Assembly (NCBI RefSeq): GCF_036365525.1
Contig: NW_027142063.1
Coordinates: 2,170,001 to 2,234,000 of the forward strand
Source: Heterodontus francisci
Taxonomy: Eukaryota
DNA: 64,000 bases
Direction: 5' to 3'
Below the pieces are notes generated by a model. That model worked only from the letters and a program-made list of their open reading frames with translations, was not told where the DNA came from and did not search any database. A program made the translations under genes and the position numbers. Shown one piece after another: positions 27,001-38,599 of the stretch (the first letter of the stretch is position 1; each line of letters starts with the position of its first letter).

Positions 27001-27423
27001 ACCGCCTCGGATGACCGGCCTGGACGTCGCCAGCAGCATTGGGAGCTGCTGGAAGACGGTCAGCCGCTCGCTGCGTTGTACCGAGGCGTACACGTTGATC
27101 AAACGGAGTGGAGCGTTGTTGTACATCACGTCTGCTACGAGGAGGCAGCCGCCCACCACCTCCTTAACTTCGGAGATGGTGAAGTTACCTCCCCGCAGCA
27201 GAATACCCAGGCCGGAGGAACGACAGTCATTACCCCCCGACCAGATCGATGGCCCGTGGGACCACCATCGCGACCACTGCCTGTAGGTGCTGAGGTGTGG
27301 TATTCCACACTCCTGCAGAAACAGTAGGTCAGCTTTGACCTTGGCAAGGAAATCCAAGGTTGAAACACATCGCGTAGTAGATTTAATGCTACGCACATTA
27401 ATGGAAGCAATTCTTACACACAG
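24024..27423 (-). pseudogene. Tx1 ORF2 (APE endonuclease, reverse transcriptase, Cys-rich C-terminus), disrupted
   Basis: SINVRS, LFLQE, GDFN, RIDF, SDH; WRPISLLNVDYKI, QGCPLSP, YMDD. Lesions: no in-frame ATG (CTG at 27423), LEQEKAFD in place of LDxxKAFD, premature TAG at 25006-25008, frameshifts near 24870 and 24490. Confidence 0.92.
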
Positions 27424-27436
27424 ATTTTACTAAAAA

Positions 27437-28957
27437 TTAGTTGTTGCTTCCCATACCATTTGTCCTCGCTAGTCCCAGCCCTTCGGGATGTTCCTGCATG
27501 CCCATCGTGTGCGCAAGCAGTTTCACGTTGGTTGGGCTCAGAAACCCCTCCTGATTTTTCATGCAGTGTTTGTGCCGCTCGGGTGACATCGCGGGGGATC
27601 TTGTAGGCAGAGAGGATTGGCTTGTCCTCAGCTGCTTCCATCTGTTCCTCCTCGAAAACATCACAGCTCCCGGTCTCCCGGAGCTCAGGTGCGCCAGATG
27701 TGTCTTTGCTCCCGGTGTCCCGGAGCTGAGATGCGTTGGCCACGTCATTACGTGTGGGGCATTGGGGTTGGGGCACGCCGGGCCCATCACAGCTTCCAGT
27801 GCCCGGGGGCTGGGATGCCTTATCATCCATCTCGGAGTTCTGCCGCCTCTTTTGAAGGGGCTGTCGTTCCAGCATTTCCCCGTCCAGTGAAGAGGAGTTG
27901 TTGAAGTCTGATTCAGAAGAGAGCCTCCTCTTGCCACTGGTTTGGGTGGTGGCTTTGGGATGTTTTTCTTTGTGGTTTTTCTCTGGATCACTTGCCACTG
28001 ACCTGTTTGTCCATCTGCTGCCTCCTCCTCCATTGATTCTGTCTGTGGAGGAGGGGTTTCCGGGCGCTGGGTAGGTGCTGGGTCGTTGGTTTCAGCTGCC
28101 TCCCCTTCCTTCTCAGGTTGAAGTTCCTCACTGCAGAGAAAGTTGCCTTTCTCCTTTTGAACAGCGGACGCCTTCGTCGAACCTTCTCCCGGACTATCCT
28201 TGGACCTTGCCGCCTGAGCATAGCTGAGGCAACGTTTGGGGCAGGTCTTGTAGAGATGGCCTGCTGCACCGCACAAGTTGCAACACTTAGTCTGCTTACA
28301 GTCCTTGGTCTGATGGCCTTCCTCCTTGCAGTTCTTGCAAACAACCGTGCTGCAGTTGGCTGCCATGTGACCAGATTTGCCACAGGTGCGGCAAGCTCTG
28401 GGCTGCCCAGCGTAGACCAAGAAGCCTCGACTTCCCCCGATAGCGAAGATTAAGGTAGGGTGGATGATGGCTCCACTGGGATCTACCTTCAAGGTCACCT
28501 TGACCTGCCACTTGCTGGTCCAGATCCCAAAGGGGTCCTTGACATCAGTGCTGCTGCCGGCCACCTCGACGTACCTGGCGAGAAAGGTGAGTACATCCAC
28601 CACCGGAACATGGGGGTTGTCGAGGTGAATCGTCACCACCTGGTCCCGTTGTGACGGAAGCGTGAAGAGTGGCTCCGCTGTGAGGATCGATAGTGGCGCC
28701 CGGTCCCCTTTCTCCTTGAAAGCCTTCAGGAACTTGATGCATCCCGCCATGTTCTGGAACGTCACGTCGAAGTATCCACTGCTGGGGAAATTCTGCAGGC
28801 AGAAGACGTCCGTCGCTTGAAATCCGCAGCAATCGGAGAGAATTTTCTTGATGAAGAAGGTGCGATCGACCGGTGCATCTCCTTCCTTGTCCTTCACGAC
28901 CACCCGAACGGTGTTGCGCACTCCCTGGCCCGAAGCTCGAAAATTGGTTTTAGCCAT
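27437..28957 (-). CDS. Tx1 ORF1 gag-like protein (ZCCHC3-like, three zinc knuckles)
   Basis: ATG at 28957 (MAKTNF); CRTCGKSGHMAANC, CKNCKEEGHQTKDC, CNLCGAAGHLYKTC. Confidence 0.88.
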   Translation of the reverse strand: MAKTNFRASGQGVRNTVRVVVKDKEGDAPVDRTFFIKKILSDCCGFQATDVFCLQNFPSSGYFDVTFQNMAGCIKFLKAFKEKGDRAPLSILTAEPLFTLPSQRDQVVTIHLDNPHVPVVDVLTFLARYVEVAGSSTDVKDPFGIWTSKWQVKVTLKVDPSGAIIHPTLIFAIGGSRGFLVYAGQPRACRTCGKSGHMAANCSTVVCKNCKEEGHQTKDCKQTKCCNLCGAAGHLYKTCPKRCLSYAQAARSKDSPGEGSTKASAVQKEKGNFLCSEELQPEKEGEAAETNDPAPTQRPETPPPQTESMEEEAADGQTGQWQVIQRKTTKKNIPKPPPKPVARGGSLLNQTSTTPLHWTGKCWNDSPFKRGGRTPRWMIRHPSPRALEAVMGPACPNPNAPHVMTWPTHLSSGTPGAKTHLAHLSSGRPGAVMFSRRNRWKQLRTSQSSLPTRSPAMSPERHKHCMKNQEGFLSPTNVKLLAHTMGMQEHPEGLGLARTNGMGSNN

Positions 28958-29020
28958 TTTACTCAAAGCTTGCCCAGGATCAAAAGGCAATGATCATGGT
29001 CTCTTCTCAATCAAAGAAGC

Positions 29021-29063
29021 ACTGATAAGAACAGATACTACACTTGATCTGAGCCAAAAGGCC
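29021..29063 (-). ncRNA. RNU2: U2 snRNA fragment (nt 11-53) forming the 5' head of the Tx1 element
   Basis: GGCCTTTTGGCTCAGATCAAGTGTAGTATCTGTTCTTATCAGT matches recalled vertebrate U2 nt 11-53 at 42/43 positions and includes the branch-point recognition sequence GTAGTA. Fragment only, not a gene. Confidence 0.93.
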
Positions 29064-29574
29064 ATGAACCTGCTTCATCACTTTGCAGACGTAGATGGAG
29101 TAACTCTCCTTCCTCGACTTTCTCCGCCTCTTGCCGCCCTTTGCTGACGGTTTACTCACAGTTTTCTTGGCGCCCTTCTTAGCAGCTGCTTTCTTCTTCT
29201 CCTCAACCATCTTCAGATTCAATTTCAGACACAGAAATAAAGCAAATCCCTTCTGAGTGCGGATCAAATAGACAATCCAACAGCTCTATGCTAATGAGGG
29301 ATGGGGGAAAGCAAAGATTGTGATTGGGTGATTGGGAGTGATGTCACAATGGGTTCATATTGCAATACTATAATTTGGGACCGCAATTGTTGACAACGCG
29401 ATCGGTAGGTGGCGCTGTTTTGGCACATGCGCAAATACAGCATGTGCCACGAAAACGTCACAGCTTGCGACTGAAGCAGCTGCCAGGACTAAAGATGGCG
29501 CTGCTCAAAGAATCACAGAGATGAAACCTGACAAACACGTGGCAGAATACAATGGCAGGAGTGAGAGAGTGGAG

Positions 29575-29785
29575 CGGGCCGGGGAGATCAGCGCGGGGGC
29601 CGGGGAGATTTGCGCGGGGGCCGGGGAGAGCAGCGCGGGGGCTGGGGAGATCAGCGCGGGGGCCGGGGAGAGCAGCGCTGGGGCCGGGGAGATCAGCGCG
29701 GGGGCCGGGGAGAGCACCGCGGGTGCGGGGAGATCAGCGCGGGGGCCGGGGACAGCAGCGCGGGGGCCGGGGAGAGCAGCGCGTT
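29575..29785. repeat. 21-bp G-rich minisatellite, ~10 copies
   Basis: Unit GGCCGGGGAGA(T/G)CAGCGCGGG. Confidence 0.9.
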
Positions 29786-29804
29786 GACACCAGTGGCAGC
29801 GGTG

Positions 29805-30062
29805 CCGGGGGGGCGAGGGGGGGGGGAAGGGAGAGGGGGAGAAAGAGGGAGGGGGGGAGAAAGAGGGGTAAGGAAGGGGGAGAAAGAGGGAGAGGGAGGG
29901 GTAAGGAATGGGGAGGGGGAGAAAGAGGGAGAGGGGGAGAGAAAGAGGGAGAGGGGGAGGGGGAGAGAAAGAGGGAGAGGGGGAGAGAAATAGGGAGAGG
30001 TAAGGAAGGGGGGAGGGAGAGAGCTGGGGGAGTGGGAGGAAGGGGAGAGAGTGAGGGGGGAG
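29805..30062. repeat. Polypurine (G/A) low-complexity tract
   Basis: About 250 bp almost entirely G and A, with GGGAGAGGGGGAGAAAGA motifs. Confidence 0.9.
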
Positions 30063-31572
30063 CAGCGGAACGGAAGAGGAGTGCCTTTTTCTGTGCATGC
30101 GCCATAAACACAACAGCAAAAGACTTACTGGCCAGTCCCTGGACCCGGTGACACCAAGGTCTTCGCACGCTCGCTCCCCGCGGCTCTCTACGGCCTCTCG
30201 CTTCCGGCCCTCTCCATTCAGCCGTTCCCTCCAGCTGCGGCTGCCCAATCCAGTTGCTTTCTCCCCTACCCAGTTGCTTTCTCTACTTCTCCACAGTACT
30301 TCAGGCATTGCAACTGTATGGTCCCTGCATTTTGCATGCTCCCTCTCCCCACCCCTCCCCGCTCTCCCCACCCCTCCCCGCTCTCCACACCCCTCCCCCT
30401 CTTCACCCACCCCTCCCTCTACACCCCCACCATAGTTGAATATCTGAAGTGCAGTTGCAAAGTCGGGGAAATAGCATGCAAAACAAAACCTCAACAATTC
30501 TGGGTTTAATTACTGAAAAGTTTTATTAAGTTCATTAAGTATGCGAGGAACTGCTGTGCGTGGATACATGAGTGTTGTGTCCAGCATTCCCGTTAGACAG
30601 ACAGGCCGAGTCTCTGCTATGCACAGCTAAAGAGATTGTTCCTGGAGAGCCTTGTGGTGAATGAACGCTTGGCTCTCTATTCCACTACTGTATTGTCCAT
30701 GTGAAGAAGGAAAAGTCACAAGAGTCTGAGCTCAGTCTATTCTTGGTGAATGTTCCCCAAGCGCATCCCAATGTGCATTCCCAATTCATCCATAAATGCA
30801 ATGTACCTTTCTACATCGTGATGAGCTCCGCAGCATGATCCAGTTGCCTTCGTTGCTTGAATGCTGACCTTAAGTCTCAAGGATTGTTTTCTCGACGGCA
30901 TGTTTTACATGAAAAGAAATAAAGCAAATCAGAGTCAGAGCTTGCCTCCCTCCATCCACTGAAATTACTGTTGTGCACACCTTTTTAAGTTCTGCAGTGA
31001 AGGCACAAATTGATAACGTCGCCAATGAAGCACTTATTACCCACCTCAGATGCAGGAATCAGCACATCCTTGCAACCTTTCCCGCACTGCCTCCTTTGCT
31101 TGAATACAGTCCTTAAGTGTCAAGGATTGTTTTCTCAAGGACACATTTTACATGAAAGAAAATAAGGAAAGAACATCAGTGTCAGAGCTTCCCTCCCTCC
31201 AATGAAATTACTGCTGAGCATGCTTTGTGTTCTGCGGTAAAGGCATGTACTGATAACACCGCCAATGAATCATGTAGTACCCACCTCAGCTGTAGGAGGC
31301 AGGATGATGTTACTGCCCCTATCTCGTGATGGTTCAATGCTGCTCTCAGGGAAAACACGAATGATGTGAGGGTGCTGGAAAAGAAGCACATTTCTTTTGG
31401 GCTATGAACATGTAGCTGGCCATTTAGCCCAGCAGTTCCCTGCCAGTGGTTATGTTACTCGTACGTCTTTCCATCCATTCCCATTTAATCCTGACTACTA
31501 CTATCACCAGTTGTGTTCACAGCAAGAGCATTCACATTTCTGCTACCACTGGACAAGGCATGCTTGTTTCTT

Positions 31573-32544
31573 TTAGTGCTCAGTCTCTTCTTGCTGAATG
31601 TTCCCCAAGTGCTTGACCCCTTTGGACGCCCTCTCTGCTTGACAGGCAGCAACTGGCAAATCGCGGAGTGTCACAAGGCTCTGCACGGTTGTTTCAACGT
31701 CGGATGGGGAAGCAGGTGGCTGTGAGTCCATGAGCACTGCCCTGATGGGTTTTGGAGCAGGTAACTGTGTGCCCATGAGCACTGCGCTGATGGGTGTAGG
31801 AGCAGGTAACTGTGTGCCCATGAGCACTGCCCTGATGGGCGTAGGAGCAGGTAACTGTGTGTCCATGTGCACTGCCCTGATGGGTGTAGGAGCAGGTAAC
31901 TGTGTGTCCATGTGCACTTCCCTGATGGGTGTAGGAGCAGGTGACTGTGTAACTGAACAGCAAGGAGAGGGTACCGCAGGTAGGGGAAGTGGAGATTTGA
32001 ACAGGCAGGCATATGTATGGTCCATCAGATCATTAGGCCAGGGCGTGAGACGCTCAGGATCCAGGGTTTGTAACACGTAACTGATGTCCAGCGCGCGGCC
32101 AACTCCATCCGAAGGTGCTTCCGGGCAATTGTTGGGCATAGTAAATGGCTCCATCTCATCAGCCAGTCCTTGCTGCCAGCGGAGAGTCTGTTGCCGCAGC
32201 CAGTCCAATCTCCTCATGAATGCTGCCGTTCCACTCTGCAGAACGGCCTGTTGTAGCTGGTGCAATTGATCTGAAAGCAAGCGGTATTTTTCATTGTGGC
32301 TGAGGGGCTGTGGCTGTTCCTCCGTAATCACAATGGCAGCAGCCATGCCTGTCGTCGTTGGTGTCAGAGATGCACGCCAGCGACAATTGGGGGCGAGCCT
32401 GTCCAAAGGCAGACCCAGATGCCTCTGCACAACAACAGCATGTTTGCAGGGCAACAAAGTCTGAATGGAGAAGATGCAGCTGCAGGTAGCCTGGCCATCA
32501 TGTATCTGCAGTGTGTACTGTTTGGCGCCAGAAATCACAGTCAC
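31573..32544 (-). pseudogene. SWIM zinc-finger ORF, remnant of a MULE-type transposase C-terminus (ZSWIM1/3-like)
   Basis: CSCIFSIQTLLPCKH fits SWIM CxC-x(n)-CxH, followed by RW and a helical NEKY...RLDWLRQQTLRW segment. No DDE core seen. Confidence 0.7.
31722..31950. repeat. 45-bp in-frame tandem repeat, ~5 copies
   Basis: Encodes (PAPTPIRAVLMGTQL)n in the SWIM ORF. Confidence 0.92.
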
Positions 32545-32564
32545 TGTGCCTTCATCCTGCTACA

Positions 32565-32790
32565 TGTGGTGGCCCAGACAATGGAAATGTTTTCAGAGCA
32601 ACTCACAACAGGGACTGGAGAACATGCGGTGGCCCAGCCAATGGAAATGTTTTCAGAGCAACTCACAACAGGGGCTGGAGAACATGCGGTGGCCCAGTCA
32701 ATGGAAATGTTTTCAGAGCAACTCACAACAGGGACTGGAGAACACGCGGTGGCCCAGACAATGGAAATGTTTTCAGAGCAACTAACAAAG
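32565..32790. repeat. 60-bp tandem repeat, ~3.7 copies
   Basis: Unit ATGGAAATGTTTTCAGAGCAACTCACAACAGGGACTGGAGAACATGCGGTGGCCCAGNCA. Confidence 0.95.
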
Positions 32791-33237
32791 GCAGAGCAAC
32801 TTACCTTGGAACAATCACCTGTGTCAAATAAAAATGAAGCAAGTCTCCAAAGCGAATAAATAATTCAGATAAAATGCGAAAAAATGCCCGGCGAAACCTC
32901 CCTTCCTTCCACTTTCAAAAAGTCGCGCCGAAGCTTTGACGCATTCGCAGAGGCCAAACTGGCGCGTCGGCGAGGCAGACGAAATAACGCGATGACGTAA
33001 TCTGCGCATGCGCACATCGGTTCAGACGGGCCGGTCCGCAGCGCATGCGCAGAGATGTGGAGGCTGTGTGCGCATGCGCGTACTGTGTGCGCGCGTCTGC
33101 GCATGGGCAATGCGGTTCTGCTCATCCGGACCGCAGCGCACGCGCAGGGGGCATCAGACCGTCTGCGCATTTGCGCACCGCGGCGCATCCTGATGATGTG
33201 TCCGATGAAATAGCGTTGTCATGAATTCCTTTGTTTG

Positions 33238-33443
33238 TACTAACCCTGCAGTAATCCCAACCTACACTAGGGGCAATTTACCGATCAACCTGCAAGTCTT
33301 TCGGGGGTGGGAGCAAACCAGAGCACCCGGCGAAAACTCACGCGGTCACAGGGAGAACTTGCAAACTCCGCACAGGCAGTACCCCGAGTCGAACCCGGGT
33401 CCCTGGAGCTGTGAGGCTGAATTGGTAACCACTGCGCCACTCT
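33238..33443 (-). mobile_element. tRNA-derived SINE (HE1-like), partial
   Basis: Reverse complement of the TGGCGCAGTGG...GGGTTCGACTC head. Confidence 0.8.
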
Positions 33444-33519
33444 GTCAGACTCTGGTACTGTGTTTGAGTATGACATCCATTCTGTATCTGTCAGTCTCTG
33501 TTGCTGTGTTTGAATGTGA

Positions 33520-34850
33520 GGAGTTGAGGCGGAGTGTTGTGGCAAGAAGATGGAAAAGAGCGTTGGTGCGATGACAGCCTTAGTTGACCCCAGTTTGCAT
33601 TGGGATTGGGTCAGTGGTAGGCCCGTTGGGAAGGATTACAGCTTGCATGTCATCATGCAGTCGTTGGAGGTTGGTGACGAATTTTTCCGGCAGCCAAATT
33701 TGAGGAGGACGTTCCATAATCCCTCCTGGTTGGCAGAGTCGAAGGCCTTTGTCAGGTCAGAGAAGACCAGGTCGAAAGGTTGCTGCTGTTCCCTACATTT
33801 TCTTGGAGTTGTCTTGCTGTGAAGATCATGTCCACTGTGTCTCTTGATGGACAGAATCCACATTGTGATTCCAGTAGGTGGTCTTCAGCTACGGGGAGGA
33901 GACAGTTGAGAAGGACTCTTGTGATGGCCTTCCCTGTGGTGAACAGCTGGGATACCCCTCTGTAGTTACCACAGTCGGTCTTGTCACCATTTTTGGTGAT
34001 GATCACAATGACGGCATCTCAGAGATCCCTGGCATGCTCTCGTCCTTCCAGCTGAGGGAAATGAGACCATGTATTTGTGTTAAGTGTTCTTCTCTGTCGT
34101 ATTTTAGATTTTCAGAGGGAATTCCATCTATGCCAGTGGCCTTCATTTTTTTTTTAGCTGTTAGATTGCCTTTTCAATTTCTGTTGGGCTGGGATTGTGC
34201 TGACGTCATGGTGGGTAACAAGCTGTGGAATGCGGTCAAGGGCACTTGCATCAAGGACTGAGTTGCGATTGAGGAGATCTTCAAAGTGCTACTTCCAACG
34301 AGTGCTGACTGCCTCTCTGACCGTGATCAGTGTCACTCCATTCTTTACTCTCAGTAGGGTAGGTCCTTGGTAATTTGGGCCATAAATGGTCTTGATGGTG
34401 CTGAAGAATCCACACATGTCGTGGCTGTCAGCAAGTTGCTGTATTTCCTGCACTCTTTCAGCCCATCAGCTGTTCTTTAGTTCGTGTAAGCAGATCTACT
34501 GGACAGGAAGAATGGGAAACTATTGAACCTACATTGCCTGTAGTCCTGAAGCAAGGCCACTCCAACATCTGTCATCGGGCTGCAGTATGATGACAGTGCT
34601 TGCATATGCGCACACTCAGAGGCCAAGCTTCAAACCCTCATCGATGCATTCATGGAGGCGTATGAAAGAATTGGCTTAAAGCAAAACATCCGGAAAGCTA
34701 AGGTCCTCTGCCAGCCTGCTCCCCGACACTGCCCCCGACTATTAAGATCCTCGGCGAATCACTGGACAATGTGGATCACTGCTCATACCTTGGGAACCTC
34801 CTGTCACCAAGGGCAGATATCGACAATGACACTCAGGATCGCTTCCAGAA
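33520..34850. mobile_element. RTE LINE, mirror copy of 18960-20265 with the same internal inversion
   Basis: GNYRGVSQL...QCGF on the minus strand; YLGNLLSPRADIDND on the plus strand. Confidence 0.85.
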
Positions 34851-35910
34851 GGCCATGTGGCCCATAAATCCTGCTCTGCCATTCAATAAGATCATGCCTG
34901 TTCTGATTGAGGCCTTAATTCCACTTTCCTGCCTGCGCCCATTGACCAATGACACCCTTGTACATCAAAAAATCTGTCCATCACAGCCTTGAATATATCC
35001 AATGACCCAGCCTCCACAGTCCTCTGGAGAACAGAATTCCAAAGATGAGCAACCCTCTGAGAGGAGAAATTCCTCCTCACCTCCTTCTTGAATGGGAGAC
35101 CGCTTATCTTGAAACTGTGGCCCCTAATTCTACATTCCCCCACAAGGTGAAACATCTTCCCAGCATCTACTTGTCCAGTCCACTGAGAATCTTATAGATT
35201 TCAATAAGATCACCTCTCAATCTTCTAAACTCCAGTGAGTAAAGGCCCAATCTGCTCAATTTATTCGCATAAATCAACCCTTCATCCCAGGAATTATTCT
35301 AGTGAATATTCTCTGAACTGATTCCAATGCAAGTATATCCCTCCTTAAGTAAGGAGACCAAAACTGTCTGGAGTACTTTAGTTGGGATGTCACTAATGCA
35401 CTGTACAGTTACAGCAAAACTTCCCTACTTTTATACTCCATTCCCCTTACTAAAAACGCCAACATTCCATTTGCCTTCCTAATTACTTGCTATACCTTCA
35501 TGCTAACTTTTTTGTAAATCATGTACCTGGCACCCAGATCCCTCAGTACAGCAGCATTCTGCAGTCTCGCTATGTAAGTAATATTCTTTTTCTATTCTTC
35601 CTGCCGAAGTAGGCAATCTCACATTTTCCCATATTATACTCCATCTGCCAAACTTTTGCCCACTGACATAACCCATCTATATCTCTTTGCAGACACTTTA
35701 TGTCCTCCTCACAACTTTCTTTCCTATCTATCTTTGTGCCACCCATAAATTTGGCAACAGTACACTCAGTCCCTTCATGCAAGTTATTAATATAGACCAT
35801 AAATAGTTGAGGCACCAGCACTGGTCCCTGTGACAATCCATTAGTTACAGTTTGCCAATCTGAAAATGCCCCATTTATCCCCACTCTCTGTTTCCTGTGA
35901 GTTAGCCAAT
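34850..35910 (-). mobile_element. CR1 LINE 3' part (mirror of 16140-17220)
   Basis: LSQGPVL, LQRDIDGL..W and RGHSFKI motifs. Confidence 0.85.
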
Positions 35911-36688
35911 CCTATATCCATGTGTGTGTAGTTTTCAGTTTGTATCTGTCAGTGTCTGGTACTCTATGTGAGTTTTGGACTCTTTCTCAATCTCTCAGTG
36001 CTACTATTTGTGTGTTAGGTTGCTTTAGATGACTCAGGCTGAGGTACTGTGAGTGAGTGCATTAATCAACCGATATCTTTCAGCATCTGGCACTGAGCAT
36101 GTGTTTCAGCATCACTATCTATCTGTCAGTATCTGGTACTCTGTGTGAGTGTGGGTTTCATTATATAATTTTCCGTCCCTGGGACTGATGGCAAGTCTGG
36201 ATTTATTCCACATAAAATGTCAGCACAGCAACAGGCCACTGATGTGATAGGTTTTAATCAGACAATATATTTCAGGTTTTGCTTAGTATTAAATATCTGT
36301 CACTGTGAACACAATAGTGAAAGATAATGTATCCTACAATCTGATACAGGATTGGTGTGCAATTGTAACTCAGGCTGTACTAATCAATTTGATTAGTGCC
36401 ATTCAGTCTGAGGGAGAATATTGGACTTGTGTGTAAAATGAGCTCAGTCTGGAATTTTGCAGTATCTTCCATCTGACACTATATGAGGTTTTAGGACTGG
36501 TACGTAATTTATAGCTCAAACTATACTAATCAAATTTATATTGTATCTTTTAGTTTCACAATCCGGATGAGTTTTAAACTGGAATCTGAGTTTGTATCTC
36601 AGGTTATACGATATTTCAGAATCTCTCAATCTGATTATGCACTTGAGATTTGGACTTGAGTCCAATGTATATGTGTAGAAACATGATG

Positions 36689-37030
36689 GGCGGCACAGTG
36701 GCGCAGTGGTTAGCACTGCAGCCTCACAGCTCCAGTGACCCGGGTTCAATTCTGGGTACTGCCTGTGTGGAGTTTGCAAGTTCTCCTTGTGTCTGCGTGG
36801 GTTTCCTCCGGGTGCTGCGGTTTCTTCCCACAAGCCAAAAGACTTGCAGGTTGGTTGGTAAATTGGCCATGAAAAATTGCCCCTAATATAGGTCGGTGGC
36901 AGGGATAGATGGGGATGTGGTAGGAATGTGGGATTAGTGTAGGATTAGTATAAATGGGGGTGGATGGTCGGCACAGACTCGGTGGGCTGAAGGGCCTGTT
37001 TCAGTGCTGTATCTCCAAACTAAACTAAAT
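36689..37030 (+). mobile_element. tRNA-derived SINE (HE1-like)
   Basis: Same head and body as 6186, with a (CTAAA)n tail; absent from the mirror arm. Confidence 0.88.
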
Positions 37031-38599
37031 TAATACTGATTATAAACTCATAACCTGTGTAAATATTGGGCTGGTATTTAACTTGAATCTCAGAGTACAT
37101 TATTGAGGTTATTTCTGTAACTTTGAAACAGGAACCATGTGTCATTTCTATGTGTATTTAATTTGCAGCTGAGGTTGCTCTTATGTGGGATTGACACACT
37201 GATAATTTGATAGTGGATGAGAATTTGGACTGGGATTTATGTATCTACCTGTCAGTGGTACTGAGTTGGGGTGGAAACAACGTCTGTCTCTCCTGTTCTG
37301 TTTGATTGATGGATTGAAAATGTGTCTCTGTGCTCTGTGAGTGATAATGTACAGACTGTGTGTGAGATGGAGCTGGTGACACTCTTCCTTGTAACTTGGG
37401 TGGAGGAAACATCCCGTTACCTGGTTCATTCAATCATTTGTCTGTTTAAACAAAAGTATGTTTATAACTGAAATACAGGTAGATCGAAGATACAGAATTT
37501 TGATTAATTTAATCTCTCAAATAATAATCATTATGGATACCGCAAAAGAACCCCAGCAGCACAAATATTGTCAGTGTTTCACTCCACTACAGTCAGTTCC
37601 TTCACATTCTGTCTCCATCCCCTTGTCCACACACAACTGGAGATTGGCCTCGCCACTCACTCCATGTTCCCGGACCGTTTCCAGCTCCACTCCGCCTCTT
37701 ACAAACAGCCCCCGCCTCCCTCTGATCTTGACCCCGGACTCGATGCTGATCTCTGAGTCCATCTGCGGACACGCTCCCAAAGCGATGTGCTGCTGGAAGG
37801 AGGCTGCTGTTTGCTTCCCTCCCCTAGGACCGGGATCTCTCCATTGGCGCCTGTTTGAAACCATCTTCTTCCGCCCACAGGCAGTGCTGAGAGAGGGGAG
37901 CGCAGGCGCAGATTTCTGCAACAATTCAACCTGAAACATAGAAAATTTCCGGCACAGAATGAGGCAATTCGGCCCATTTGCCAGCGCAAAGAGAGCAATA
38001 TAGCCTGTTCCCACAGTTTACTGTTATTGGACAGTGAAGTGTGGAAACAGAAGCGGACGGTCAGGATGTGGGGAGTAAGACAAAGTGAATCTATTATAGG
38101 CACCAGGTGAGAAGTGTGAAGGACACATTTTAAACAGCGGCTGTTTGGTTTCATTTGAATGGTTAGACCATGGGAGCGGGAACTGGAAATCTGACCTGTG
38201 TGAAAGTCCCTGCTCCGTCGGTCAGTCCCATTCATGGCCCAGTGGATTGTTTCTGGATGTCATTTAATTCTTGTAAAATGGCCAAAGCCCCTGGTATGCA
38301 GTAGCTGGGGGCTGCAGGACTGCAGTGGAATCAGACACTGACTCTATTTGTATTGCTGGGTTTCCTTTGTGATTGTTCACAATGATTATTCATTGAAAAA
38401 TTGTTTTGGTCACTTTTGTATCTTCTACCACACCTCTTCCTGAATTCTACAGGGAAATACTTGAAGGAAGCTGAATAAATGTAGTGATTCCTCGACACAA
38501 GAGGAAGTGCAGCCAGCTCCTCACACACAGTAAGTACAGTATCAGTCACAGACAGCAGAGACATCAATTCCACAATCGCCGACAGCAGAAGTAGTCAGA

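Larger units (their letters stand above)
29383..33229 (-). mobile_element. Putative MULE/MuDR-derived non-autonomous DNA transposon
   Basis: Imperfect TIRs: GCAATTGTTGACAACGCGAT (29383-29402) versus reverse complement GGAATTCATGACAACGCTAT (33210-33229), 16/20. Internal SWIM ORF and CpG-rich ends. No TSD found. Confidence 0.6.

Noticed and set aside
26762-27286. Long plus-strand ORFs antisense to Tx1, CR1 and histone CDS
   Set aside because: These are shadow ORFs of GC-rich coding sequence on the opposite strand.
29021-29063. Functional U2 snRNA gene
   Set aside because: Only nt 11-53 are present. There is no Sm site, 3' stem-loops, PSE or 3' box, and it lies inside the Tx1 TSD.
29505-30497. 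330-aa Pro-rich ORF and overlapping Gly/Arg-rich ORFs
   Set aside because: They are by-products of G-rich repeats that lack stop codons; no domain is recognisable.
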